A DNA stretch of 62,609 nucleotides, filler included, from Nemertoderma westbladi (taxonomy: Eukaryota > Animalia > Xenacoelomorpha): the NCBI GenBank assembly GCA_032718475.1. It is 4 parts of 4 records of this genome, joined end to end, with 100 filler letters (N's around TTAATTAATTAA, not from the genome) between each part and the next. Parts side by side here need not be neighbours in the genome. Positions count along the whole stretch, not along the records: positions 33,143 to 54,469 come from JAUCBJ010008080.1; positions 54,570 to 62,609 come from JAUCBJ010004039.1; 2 more parts are not named here. One strand, given 5' to 3'. Position 1 is the stretch's first letter. Each line of letters opens with the position of its first letter. Under the pieces are notes generated by a model. That model worked only from the letters and a program-made list of their open reading frames with translations. It had not been told where the DNA came from and searched no databases. The translations under genes and the position numbers were made by a program. Shown here in pieces: positions 51,046-62,609 of the stretch.

Positions 51046-52429
51046 GGTACTACCGGTACCGGTACTCTTTCCAGCAATAAGCTATTCAATAGCCCAGCAG
51101 CCTGCGTGGTTGCCAGGCCAGTTGTTTAGAAGGCCGTGATTCCCCCGAAAAACGCATAATAAAATTTCACAATTAGCCGTTTAGTTGTTAAAAGGTGAAA
51201 ATATTTTATCGTGCGTTTGTGGCTGCCAAAACGTGAGGCTAGTCCCCCACTGGTACGTACGGACGTCATAAATCATTTTCAGACTTTGTATGAGTTCGTA
51301 TTGTCAAAATTACAGTTCCGGTGCTCCACTGGTAAGACATAATAAGTCAAATGTCTTCTATTCTCTGTATTAGGTATCGCATTGAGTCGGGCCCAAATTC
51401 AATAAGGTGTAAGCCAAGATCTTAGTATTCTATTATCGGCTGCACTCACAACTCACTCACTCCTAAATGTGAAGTGAATTCCTTGCGAAATATTTAGCTG
51501 TATAATTCGCCTTTTTTTCTCGCTTCTACAGTACAGTAGTACTGGATACTTACAAACTTACCTTACTAACTTATGTTTCAAATATAATATAATGAATAAT
51601 GTGACTTTTAATTAAAATTTAGTTACAGACTTTTAAGAAATTTCTTCGTACCAGCACGCACTAATGATATAGGGAAAAATCTTCACTACTTTGATTTAAT
51701 CCCATCTGATACCTTGACTGCGCTGCCCGACATTATATCTTTTATTCACCTAGACATACACTCAGGCACTATTTTGATTTTACCACCTGTCACATCATAA
51801 TCAATATGAGTCACAACACTGTTCTTATTCTTATGGCGTGCCCCAATAAAATTGCTATTATATGTTAATTTTGTTTGGTTATCGGGTAAAAATAATAACA
51901 GATGGCGAAATAAGGGGTGTAATATACTGTACAGTAGCCAGTAGGGACTCTGCCGAAGATAAGTACCACGATCTCAACTGCGCTTATGTCCCTCCATAGC
52001 AGGCCTTGCTAACCAACAAAAAACCACGAACTGTTTATATATCGCAATAATTTTATTTAGTAATTTTAAATTATAGTTCGGCCAGTATATTTATATTGTA
52101 TTAACACAATTTTAACAATTTTAAAAGAAATAAAAGCTTTTACCCCGTTAGGGGTGTACCGTGGGATATTAATTATAGGCCTATATATTATTATTATGCG
52201 GTGATCGGATAAGTGCAGACATGGGTAAGATGAACAATAGGTCAATAGGGGAGGGGACGTATGTGCAAAGGCAAAGCGTCCTTTTTAATACTAATATTAA
52301 AATACTAGTAATACTAACAACAGTAAATACTAGTATTAAAAGGATGACTCGTGGAAAGGTGACGGATACTTCTGTATAGTATGTCTACAGTATATTTGAA
52401 AACGAGGATCACAGTAAAATCAGTGGTTC

Positions 52430-52513
52430 CATGGAATACTAAATATAGATCTATCTATATTAGATATTATATATTATATATCTATATAGATATTCTATAT
52501 TTAGTATTCCATG
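52430..52513. mobile_element. 84-bp palindromic MITE with a 7-bp TSD
   Basis: GTGGTTC|CATGGAATACTAAATATAG...CTATATTTAGTATTCCATG|GTGGTTC. Confidence 0.8.
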
Positions 52514-53016
52514 GTGGTTCCTGTTGCGGATCCCATCGAAGCAATGACGGATCCAACATCCAACCAAGTAGGATCCGCGGATCCTAGAAACTCTGGATTT
52601 GCGGATCCAATAGTCTACTGTGGATCAGCTGATCCCATAGACACCATTGTGTCACCTTTACGTATCTTTCTTATGGTGTCTGCTGTTTACAAATTTGTAA
52701 AAAGCGGATCCCAATCATACAATGGAATTTCATGATTGTTGAACAGTAGGCCATGTCCCGGTTCCATATGTCAGTCGAAATTGTCTCCATGTGAAATATG
52801 CCCCCCGGGCATAATCGCTTAGCGCGTAATGCAATTTTTAGAATGCAATGATGTATTGCATGATAATTTTACTTTATTTACCTTACTGTACAACACATTG
52901 AAGTATAATTAATTATTTTAAAATAAATAGCTAACATGTCCAGTCATTTTTTTATAACATCAAATTATCTAATATTAGCTAAATAATAAAAATAGGGACA
53001 TAATAAAAGGGGCTAG

Positions 53017-53967
53017 AGTTCCGTATAGAACTGCATTTTTAAAACATATGTCATTGTTACTATGGCAACATTGAAGAGTTCTAGAACAATAGAAAAGTAT
53101 TATATACTATTAAATAAAATAAAAAATATAATGTTCTAGAACATATAACTAGTTTTTTTTTAATTTTAAAATAGCTAGTAAATTTAAAAAATATCCAATT
53201 TGTAGATAAATTTTCTAATAAATAAATAATAAATTTTTTTGTATTACTAGCTATTCTAAATTTGAAAAATAACTAGCTATATGTTTTGGAACATTAAATT
53301 ATTTGTATTATTAATGCACTAAAATAGTGTATAATACATATAATATTAAATACCGGTAAATAAAATAAAAAATAATAATGTTCTAAAACATATAGCTAGT
53401 TTTTTTTTAACTAACTAACTGTAGCTAGTAAATTTAATAAATAATACAATTTGGTACCGGTAAAATTTTTTTTAATAATAATAATAATATTGGTTATTTA
53501 TATAGCGCTTTTCTACGCTCAGCATACTCAAAGCGCTTTTGTTATCATTACCCCAGCAAACCCATTATCCATTATACCGCTGGGTTGGCGTAGGCACTAA
53601 TGTCTAAAGTGTCTTGCCTAGGGACACAATAGTGCGAAATTTCTACAGCCTTTAGTCGGATTCGAACCTGCACCACCAAACACTATTGTGTAAGCAGTTC
53701 AGGCGCCGTATCCACTCGGACACTGCGACATTACATTAATGAATTAATTAATTAATTACGTTAATTACATTGATTAATAATATAAATAAATAAATTTTTT
53801 TTACTAGCTATTTTAAATTTAAAAAATTACTAGCTATATGTTCTAGAACAATAATTTTTTTATTTTATTTTTGTTAGTGTATATTATATATTTTTTGTTC
53901 TAGAACTCTTAACTGTTGCCATGGTAACAATGATTTATGCTATAAAAATGCAGTTCTATACGGAACT
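53017..53967. mobile_element. Foldback element with long imperfect TIRs
   Basis: AGTTCCGTATAGAACTGCATTTTTA... versus ...TAAAAATGCAGTTCTATACGGAACT; inverted similarity continues well inward. Confidence 0.85.
53473..53729 (-). mobile_element. tRNA-derived SINE with an L2-like 3' tail, inserted in the foldback element
   Basis: A box GTGTCCGAGTGG, B box GGTTCGAATCC, central GTGTCCCTAGGCAAGACACTT, tail AAGCGCTTTGAG...AAAAGCGCTATATAAAT followed by (ATT)n. Confidence 0.85.
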
Positions 53968-54184
53968 GGTTCCATAAAAGGTTTTTAATGTTGCTGTTAA
54001 TATAACTTTTTAAAAATGTTGCAGCAATTTGTTGGACCCCTTTACACACATAAACTTATGTTGCGCAATGTTTCTGAATGTGTCTTTTGTTTTGAAACTT
54101 TTGCTTAAAAAACAAAAGTTACTCCATGTGAGGAGGGGGTCCTTAAACATAAACATAATAATACTTAAGATAAAATATAATCGC

Positions 54185-54469
54185 TAGTAACGGATAGAAA
54201 TTAGTCGTTGTTACCAGCTTTGTGGCTTTAGTAACGGATATAAATTAGTAGTTGTTACCAGCTTTGTGGCTTTAGTAACGGATAGAAATTAGTCGTTGTT
54301 ACCAGCTTTGTGGCTTTAGCAACGGATATAAATTAGTCGTTGTTACCAGCTTTGTGGCTCTAAATTAGTCGTTGTTACCAGCTTTGTGGCTTTAGTAACG
54401 GATATAAATTAGTCGTTGTTACCAGCTTTGTGGCTCTAAATTAGTCGTTGTTACCAGCTTTGTGGCTTT
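54185..54469. repeat. 44-bp tandem repeat (with shorter deletion variant) running into the contig end
   Basis: TAGTAACGGATAGAAATTAGTCGTTGTTACCAGCTTTGTGGCTT. Confidence 0.92.
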
Positions 54470-54569
54470 NNNNNNNNNNNNNNNNNNNNNNNNNNNNNNN
54501 NNNNNNNNNNNNNTTAATTAATTAANNNNNNNNNNNNNNNNNNNNNNNNNNNNNNNNNNNNNNNNNNNN
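54470..54569. other. Artificial contig linker
   Basis: 44 N + TTAATTAATTAA + 44 N. Confidence 0.97.
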
Positions 54570-55811
54570 AATAGTTAGGCCTATACAGGCAACCCATTTT
54601 ATAGGTGTGAATTTTAGTAGATAATTTTGGACAGCTTGAAATCTTGTGGGATCACGTCATAGCTTGTGCTGTGCATATATTTTATGAACATAGCTTGGGC
54701 ATGATTTATATACATAGTTTATTTCATATATCTGCACCTTTATTTATTTTAGTGTATATGTGGTGCCTTGTTATCGATACACGAAATATTATTTAGTTGT
54801 CAATAAATTTATATATAGATATATACGTTCGGGCTGAAGGGCCACTTTTGTATATCAAAAGTGGCCCTATTGCGACTTGGGGGGTATTAAAAAGTGGCCC
54901 TTTAGCCCCTTTTTGGCCCTTTAGCCCGAAACCGCAAACGGGCTTGGATGGCCCTTTGTGTATATGTTTCCTCTAAAAAGTTATGCACCTTCATTTTATT
55001 ACTAAATGAAAACACAATTTTCGGGCCACTTACCAAAATGTATAAAATGGAATTAGGGCCAAAAAAGTCAAAAGGGCCAAAATTTGCCAAAATTGGCCCT
55101 CTTACTGTCTGGAATAATATATCATTGGCCCGAACTGAGCTTACTATATAGTGAAGAAAGAAAGGGCCATAACAGGCCCTATTTAATCTGACTTCATATG
55201 AAATTTATCAAATTAGTTGAGAAGGAAACGGGCCGAACTGAAAATGAGATAAAATAACATTAGGGCCATTATACAGTGGCCCTTTTGAAACCAATTTGAT
55301 CCTATAAATAAACTGAGCTGAGAATTTGAGTGGCCCACTTGTTTCAAAATTGATTTATTAAATAAAATGACCCGAATAATAATATAATATGCTATAAATA
55401 TTCTTTATAAATAATGATTATTAGTAATTTTATTTTTTAATGTTTAATACCTGTAATAAATATTACACCCTGGGGAGGGGACGTTTGTTAGTTAGTACTT
55501 TACACACCAATTTACTGTGTAAAATTACAGGCACAGACACTGATAATTTGTAGTACCTTACACGTCAATTTAATGTGTAAAATTACAGGCGCGGACACTG
55601 ATAATTTGTTTAAAAGGCGTGAGAAATAAGTAAATTGTATTTGAAATTGTTAAATTACAGGCGCAGACAATGTTAATTTGTTTAAGGTGTGAGAAATAAG
55701 CCATTGAATTCAGCATTAAAAGAGGTCTCAGAATATATATAGTTTCCCATACTTTGTGAAATTCATTTTTTTAACATAGTTTTAGCCACTTTTATTGAGA
55801 ATCACCTGTAT

Positions 55812-56467
55812 ATCCTAAGAGCTTATGGAATACCAGAGGTAATTGTGGCTGGTATTGGATTATTATATTGTGACACAGAAGCTCAGGTATTCTCACCAGT
55901 TGGTGAAACTGAGTTCTTCTCAATCCTGGCTGGCGTACTGCAAGGTGTCACATTGACAGTTGGCACCATTACAATTTGTAACTGTACTGGAATACGCAAT
56001 GAGGATGGCCACAAAGGGTGAAGATCTAGGATTCACACTACAAGAACGCAGAAGTAGTAGATATCCGACAATTACAGACACCGACTTTGCGGATGACATA
56101 GCCCGGCTCTCTAATACGCTAGCAGCAGATGCACAGCTACTACTAAATAAAGTGGAGAGGGCTGCTAAGGAGGTTGGATTGCATATAAATGCTACCAAGA
56201 CCGAATTCATGACCTTTAATGTTGATGGAAACTTGACAACCATTGATAATAATCAACTAAGGAAGGTTGACGACTTCCACTACCTTGGGTCATGGATAGT
56301 GAGTAGCAAAAAAACATAGAAGTTAGGAAAGCAAAGGCATGGGTTGGGTGGCTCTTATCAAAAATGGATTCCATCTGGAAATCATCTCTCCAGGCACCTG
56401 AAGACTAAGTTCTTTCGAGCCACAGTGGCAAGTGTACTTTTATATGGGGGTGAGACCTGGACACTGA
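55812..56467 (+). mobile_element. RTE-clade RT fragment, inverted partial copy of the element at 57325-59720
   Basis: DTDFADDIA, GLHINATKTEFM, DDFHYLGSWI; close nucleotide match to about 57710-58310. Confidence 0.9.
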
Positions 56468-56538
56468 TTAATTAATAAATCGAATTAAATAAGACAGTTA
56501 AATTATTTCAACCAATAATTATAATAATAAGACAGTTG

Positions 56539-56965
56539 AATTATTTCAACTGATAAATATTGTTAGTTTTAAATGAGACCTGGGTTTTTTCGACCTATAA
56601 TTATAGGTGGTATCCAGCAGATCTATTGATGATTCATTTCTACACATGCTTCACTTACCGTACCAGTAGCACTGTACCAGTACTGCGTTACAGCAGTACT
56701 GGCATCCACATCCACATACTGACATATAGATAATCCAGAAGTTTTTCCAGTACTGTAAGGCCAACAACAGTAGGTAGTACTGTTGTACCAGTATACTGCA
56801 TAGTACTGCAGTACTGGTACAGTGCTACAGGTACGGTAGTAAGTGATCAAGTATGGAAGTGAATCATCAAGAGATCAGTTGGATACCAGCTGATCTACAT
56901 TTAATATAGGTAGAAATAATTCATGTCTAATTTAAAACTAGCTATAATTATCGGTTGAAATAATT
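56539..56965. mobile_element. Imperfect foldback/MITE
   Basis: Nested inverted segments such as AATTATTTCAAC/GTTGAAATAATT, TTGATGATTCA/TGAATCATCAA and GTAGCACTGTACCAGTACTGC/GCAGTACTGGTACAGTGCTAC. Confidence 0.7.
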
Positions 56966-57324
56966 AATTTATAACTTATTTAAATCGAGCTATAATATCA
57001 AGCAAAATAATTAAACAGACAACATGTTTTAAATCAACCAATAATATTAAGCGAAATAATGTAGTTTTGAAACATTATTTAAATCGATCAATAATATCAA
57101 TCAAAATAATTCAGCATGGCAAAAATTATTTAAAACTATCAATATTACACTCGTATTAAATTATTGATTCCATTAATAATTATCCATTAATTTCAGCAGA
57201 AATGTGTACTAGTAGATCCAACATTAATATTATTATAATCATACTTTATCACAAAGATAAGTATAGAGTAATGGTAAGCACAAAAGAGGTACCACTGGAA
57301 ACGATAATTTAGTATAATGATTAA

Positions 57325-59720
57325 CTACTACTACTACTAGGTCGAGCGAACTCGGACAGTGGAAATGAGATCCTTCCAGGCTTCCCGATTCTCCATAGTT
57401 GTCGTAATTTCGTTTCTCCCTTGTTCAGTATCCCTTTCAAGTTGATCTATATATGTTATGGCCGGTCGTCCACGACTAGGCTTTCCATGAGTTGGTTGCC
57501 AGAGAAGTAGATCTGGTATGACCTCCTCTTTACTTTGCCAGCAGTGCCCACTGAATCTTAATCTGCGTTCATGGAGGGTGGTTGATACAGGTGGTATTGT
57601 ACCATAAAGCTCAGCGTTTGTCATGTGTTGTCTCCAGCTGATGTTTAGGGCTCCCCTTAGTAGTCTTGTGTAGCAACCATCAATTCGTTGTTCAAGTGAT
57701 TTAGTCAGTGTCCAGGTCTCACCCCCGTATAAAAATACACTCTCCACTGTGGCTCGAAAGAACTTAGTCTTTTGGTAGAGCTACCCAAGCCTTTGCTTTC
57801 CTAACTTCTATGTCCTTTTTGCTACTCTCTATCCATGATCCAAGGTACTGGAAGTCATCGACCTTCCTTAGTTGATTATTATCAATGGTTGTCAAGTTCC
57901 CATCAACATTAAAGGTCATGAATTCGGTCTTTGTAGCATTTATATGCAATCCAACCTCCTTAGCAGCCCTCTCCACTTTATTTAGTAGAAGCTGTGCATC
58001 TGCTAGCGTATTAGAGAGCAGGGTGATGTCATCCGCAAAGTCGGTGTCTGTGACTGTAGTTGCCGGATATCTACTACTTCTGCGTTCTTGAAGTGTGAAT
58101 CACAGATCTTCACCCTTTGTGGCCATCCTCATTGCGTAATCCAGCACAATTACAAATAGTAATGGTGCTAATGTGTCACCTTGCAGTACGCCAGCCAGGA
58201 TTGAGAAAAACTCAGTTTCACCATCTGGTGAGAGTACCTGCGCTTCTGTGTCACAATATAACAATCCAATGCCAGCAACAATTACTTCTGGTATTCCATA
58301 AGCTCTTAGGATTTCAAGCATTTTACCTCTATGGATGGAGTCGAATGCCTTCTTGAAGTCCACAAAAGTCATGACTGCGGGGAGATTCTTTGATTTAATT
58401 CCTTCAATCAGTCTCCGTAGTGCAAGTATCTGAGCTATTGTTGATCTTTTGTTGATCTTATTGGCTCTTACGCAGTAGTTTCTCTATGTGAGGCCTAATC
58501 CTATATAGAATCATTTTATTGTATATTTTGGCAGCTACCATATGCAGACAGATCCCACGATAGTTTGTTGGTATGCCGAGGTCTCCTTACTTGGGGAGAG
58601 GCTTTAGTTGACCTTTAGTCCAAAGTGGTGGTGGCTTTTCCCCTTTTAACATCCGGTTGCAAACATTCAATAATGGTCTGTTTAGCACTCCGGTGTTCCA
58701 TACCTCCGCTGGGATTTCATCTAATCCACTCGTTTTATTATTGGACATGCTTTTAATGCTTCTTTGGAGTTGGGCAGGTGTGAAGTCCCCTGTTTCTATA
58801 GGTAGTGTCTTGTCATATATTTTCCTTGTAGGGCTGACCTCGATGTTTGGTGGCTGCCCAAGCAAGTTGCTGATGTGATTTTTCCACTTCCCAACACGTT
58901 CTTCAGGACTATCGGCTTTGAGGCGCCCCTTTGCACAACTTTTCCGACTAGATACCTCATTTACAGTTTGCCAGGTAAGTCTTGATTGTTGCTGTATGTG
59001 AGCAGTTGTAATTGCTTCAGTTTTATCCTGTATGTACTTTTCCTGGCTGATGTTGTAGGCCAATTTAAGATCGTCCTTAGCTTTCTCAACCTTGTTGATG
59101 TTTTCAGTTGTTGGTTGTTCGGTTTTAACTTTGTAGGCTATCTTAAGATCTTCTCTCTTACAAGTAACCTCAGAGTTTTGCCATGGCACATACTGTTTTC
59201 GTTTGGGTTTCTGGGGGATATGCCTCTTAGCTTATTCCTTGTGGGCTGTTATTATATTCTGGTATATTGAATCGGTGGATTGGTCTTCATCCATTGACTG
59301 AAGTGCTTCATAGCGGTTTTGAACTTCTACTGTATAAGCATCCTTTCTAGCATTGTCAGTTCTGAGTTTCACCCAGTCATAGTAGACTTGCTTGCTTGTA
59401 CTGGGTTTGCTGGCTCTCAAACTGAGTCCTATCTCTGCAGTCACAATTCTGTGGTCCGAACCAATTAGGTTGAACGAGCTGTATGCCTTGCAGTTGATCA
59501 TGCTGTTTCTCCACTTTTTGTTTATAAGGATGTAATCCAGTTGTGCTTTGGTTCCATTAGGGTATTGAAAGGTCCATAGCTTCCCCTTACTCTTTTCGAA
59601 TGTGTTGTTTGTTGGTATCAATTCACATTCTTCCATTAGGTCTAAAAGTAAGTACCCATTTCTGTTAGAACTAGTGTTATAGGTGTAACCCTTGATGTCT
59701 TCTGGGCCAATTTCAATAAT
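57325..59720 (-). mobile_element. 5'-truncated RTE-clade LINE (APE C-terminus and RT), second family, (TAG)n tail
   Basis: QLDYILIN...SDHRIV, FVDFKKAFDSI, GVLQGDTLAP, DFADD, LRFSGHCW; the stop codon is the first TAG of a (TAG)n tail. Confidence 0.93.
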
Positions 59721-61539
59721 GATTAACACGACGTCTATATAATTTAGTAAATAATGAGGTAACATTAATAAAGATATTCTAACACATGAAATAGAGACTG
59801 TGGATTCCCGTGGGTATGTAGCTCAAAATGTCTGAAATCTGAGTTCATGTGTCTAATTTCCATTGGTTACCAGTTAATAACAATCCGTGCATAGCTGTGA
59901 GTTTATTTTATTTAAATAAGCAAAAGGTCGTTTATGCACGAAATACTACAGAAATTTGATATATTCATTATATTATTAGAACCAGCACGTGTTTCACCGT
60001 CTGAAAATATAATTTTTTTATAATTTTTAGTTCCCAGACTTAAAACATGTTTGTATCAAAAGTATGCTTAAACTTTATTTTATTCTTCCAGGGCAGTTTT
60101 TGTTTCGACACGAATGCTTTGAAGGGATCAGCCATGGCGCGCATCTCTTATGCCTTGCATTCTTAAGTGGTAGCTAAATGAGTACTAGAGTTTATTCTGG
60201 GGAGTATAGTTTGTTCTGAGGGAGATCAATAGAAATAAGTCATCAGACTTTGTGCGCAATCCCTGGCCTAAAGGATGAAGAAAATTTACATTTTTACTTT
60301 TATAAATGAAGCAAAAAAAAAAGCAAGCAAACAGTCCGCCGAGGCCGGAGGCGACGAAAAGATTCGTCTTTCGACAGCTGCTAACCGAGTGTAGGGGGTG
60401 GGGTGGGCGCTACTAATATCCCAAGATTTGCTTCCAGAAATTTAACTGGTACTTTTATAAATAACCAACAAAGTATCCATCGGATTGGTGTGAATTAAAT
60501 GGTAAACCAAAAATTAAACTTCAGTGATTCATTCATTCCACGCCATATATTACGCGCTCTTCATATATTATTTTTTTTTAATTTACGCCCCCATGCGGGA
60601 CAATTGAAAACTTTAATTATTAAATATATATTAATAAAATATTTAATACAATCTATAAGTACTGTAAAATATTAGAAATTAAGACATAATTAAATATTAC
60701 CCTTAAAAATAACCAAGTAAAGGTTATATAAATGCTAGACTTCGAAGTGATGGGGAAGAGGTACAGATTAGCACATGGTATCGGTTAGCTGCTGTTTCGC
60801 CGCAGTGTTTACTAATACAATCCATCAAGGAAAGGTCGTGAAATGAGGCTGAGTTCATGCAGATCAGATTGTGGAAACCATGGCCTTTGTAATAACGTGT
60901 CGATTTGATTGATTTCCACGCTTCCATGTTGAACAGCTAAAAGCTGGGCCTGCAGTGTAGTTTCCATTTTCATGTCTTATTTAAAATATATTTCATGATG
61001 AATTAGTTGTCGTTTCTGTGCAATTTATATACTAATTCGAGTTTTGGTTAATCTGAATTGTTATCCATAATTATTTTGTTTTAATTATTATATTCAATTA
61101 AATTTATTTTACACTTGTAATTATTTTTATAAGTATTGTAAATCAAATTTCAGTCAGACTGTCAGTCTTCGGCCATATTTTTGTTTCCCCTCTCCCCTGA
61201 TCTCGCTGACACCTCTGTGATCATCTACATTCCTTTCTCAACCAATATATGGCTCTTATATCCATAATGTAATATGGTTAAAATGGAAAAACAATAATAT
61301 TACCTCATTAATTAGAGTTTCATTAACTCAAGCTCAATTCCAATTCATTTATCTAATATCCTTACGCTTTCCCTTTTCTCCCTCACCTTCGACTTCCACT
61401 TATTTCACACCGATTGTTGGAATATTTCGGAATATATTTAGATTATATTATAACTACATTTTATGTTATTATTTATATTATTTTATTACATTTTATGTAT
61501 AATGATTGCGTTCAAATCTTTAAATTGCACAATGCACAC

Positions 61540-61795
61540 GATGTTCATAACTTACCACAACTGGTAAAACAGCGGCCATGATTATTGTATATATCTGAAA
61601 GTAGTAATACTTTGGGTTTTCGAAGTCAGATATGCAAACCAGCATGCGTGAATCGTAGGTGTGATTTCCCCAGCCAACGTGTGCAGGTAGATCTATGATG
61701 ACGTTAGATATCCATATGGAGGTAGTAATGATGAGTGACCTAAATACATTAGTATTATTCATATAATCGACATAATGTTAATCAGGTCCACACAC
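61540..61795 (-). pseudogene. Class A GPCR exon relic (TM4-ECL2-TM5, melatonin-receptor-like)
   Basis: After a TTGTAG acceptor: VCGPD*HY...SIWISNVIIDLPAHVGWGNHTYDSRMLVC...YFQIYTIIMAAVLPVVVSY; contains an in-frame TAA. Confidence 0.55.
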
Positions 61796-62609
61796 CTACA
61801 ATAATAGATATTCGCGTTCGAATCTACAAACAACAGATTGCAGCCACAGCGCTCAACCAACTGAGATACCTCGCCTTCAGTATAATACAATCTATAAGTA
61901 AATTGCATATATAATCAATAACAACTGAACACGAAGTAAGCGAAGCCTTAACAAACTTATGGTTTTCATTAACGAATTGTCTGTCGTCCTTGTAAATTTT
62001 GATTGCTAATGACCCAATGTCATTCCTTGGTGAAATTAAACTGAACATACTGAACTTTGTGCGTATGTAGTCCGTCAAAAGTTTAGAATGAATCTGAAGT
62101 TTGGTCAAAAATCAGACAGTTTGGCAGTCGGTACCAGTAGTTTCAGACTTTTGATAAAATCGAAATAAGTCAGACAATCATTGATGAAATTAAGCCAAAC
62201 TTGGTACGTATGCAGTCTCGTGATTCGTGAAGGCCATACAAACGAGTAGTGCTCAACTGCAACTCAGAGAAGCATGATCCGTCTGGTCTTATAATTATAT
62301 TTTATAACCTACTGTACTAACAATTATAAACTAGTTATAGGAGAGGATCCAGAATAACCGCAATAATAAGAATGAAATGGATATTTACTTTTGAATTTAT
62401 TTCTTATATTTTTTTCAAATTTTTTTCACCAAGGATCGTGACCAAGGAGTGACCATTTTTAAATGGCATGATTTAAAATGCACAAAGTATAGTATGTCCG
62501 ACTGTTGCACAGAAATGTCGGTCTATCGTATTTCCCGGTCTATTCTTACATATACAGCTGCGTATAAAACTATGAAATATAATTATAAATTGACTTACTT
62601 TTTTATGGT

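Noticed and set aside
53650-53729. Functional tRNA gene
   Set aside because: A and B boxes are present, but no convincing cloverleaf or acceptor stem, and the sequence continues into a SINE body and tail.

Overview
AT-rich, repeat-dominated eukaryotic DNA, most likely from an invertebrate animal. The window is four contigs joined by artificial 100-bp linkers (44 N + TTAATTAATTAA + 44 N at 16086-16185, 33043-33142, 54470-54569), so adjacency across linkers is not reliable. It holds two large tandem arrays (41/42-bp, about 5.9 kb; 52/55-bp, about 15 kb) and many decayed retroelements (RTE, CR1/L2-like, CRE, Ty3/gypsy, a tRNA-derived SINE, LTR ends). It also holds non-autonomous piggyBac-like, hAT-like and foldback elements, a Ulp1-like protease relic, a Polinton/Maverick-type protein-primed DNA polymerase B relic, a probable SEA-like/Thr-rich/GPI-anchor exon and a GPCR exon relic. 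The most unusual object lies at about 27063-31803 on the minus strand. Removing a hAT MITE (8-bp TSD) joins several short ORFs into one apparently intronless frame of roughly 840 codons. It combines an N-terminal DEDDy (WRN/EXD/RNase D-like) 3'-5' exonuclease with three tandem CCHC zinc knuckles, is bracketed by C/T-rich repeats, and directly abuts the PolB relic. All assignments come from reading motifs by eye; no database search was run.
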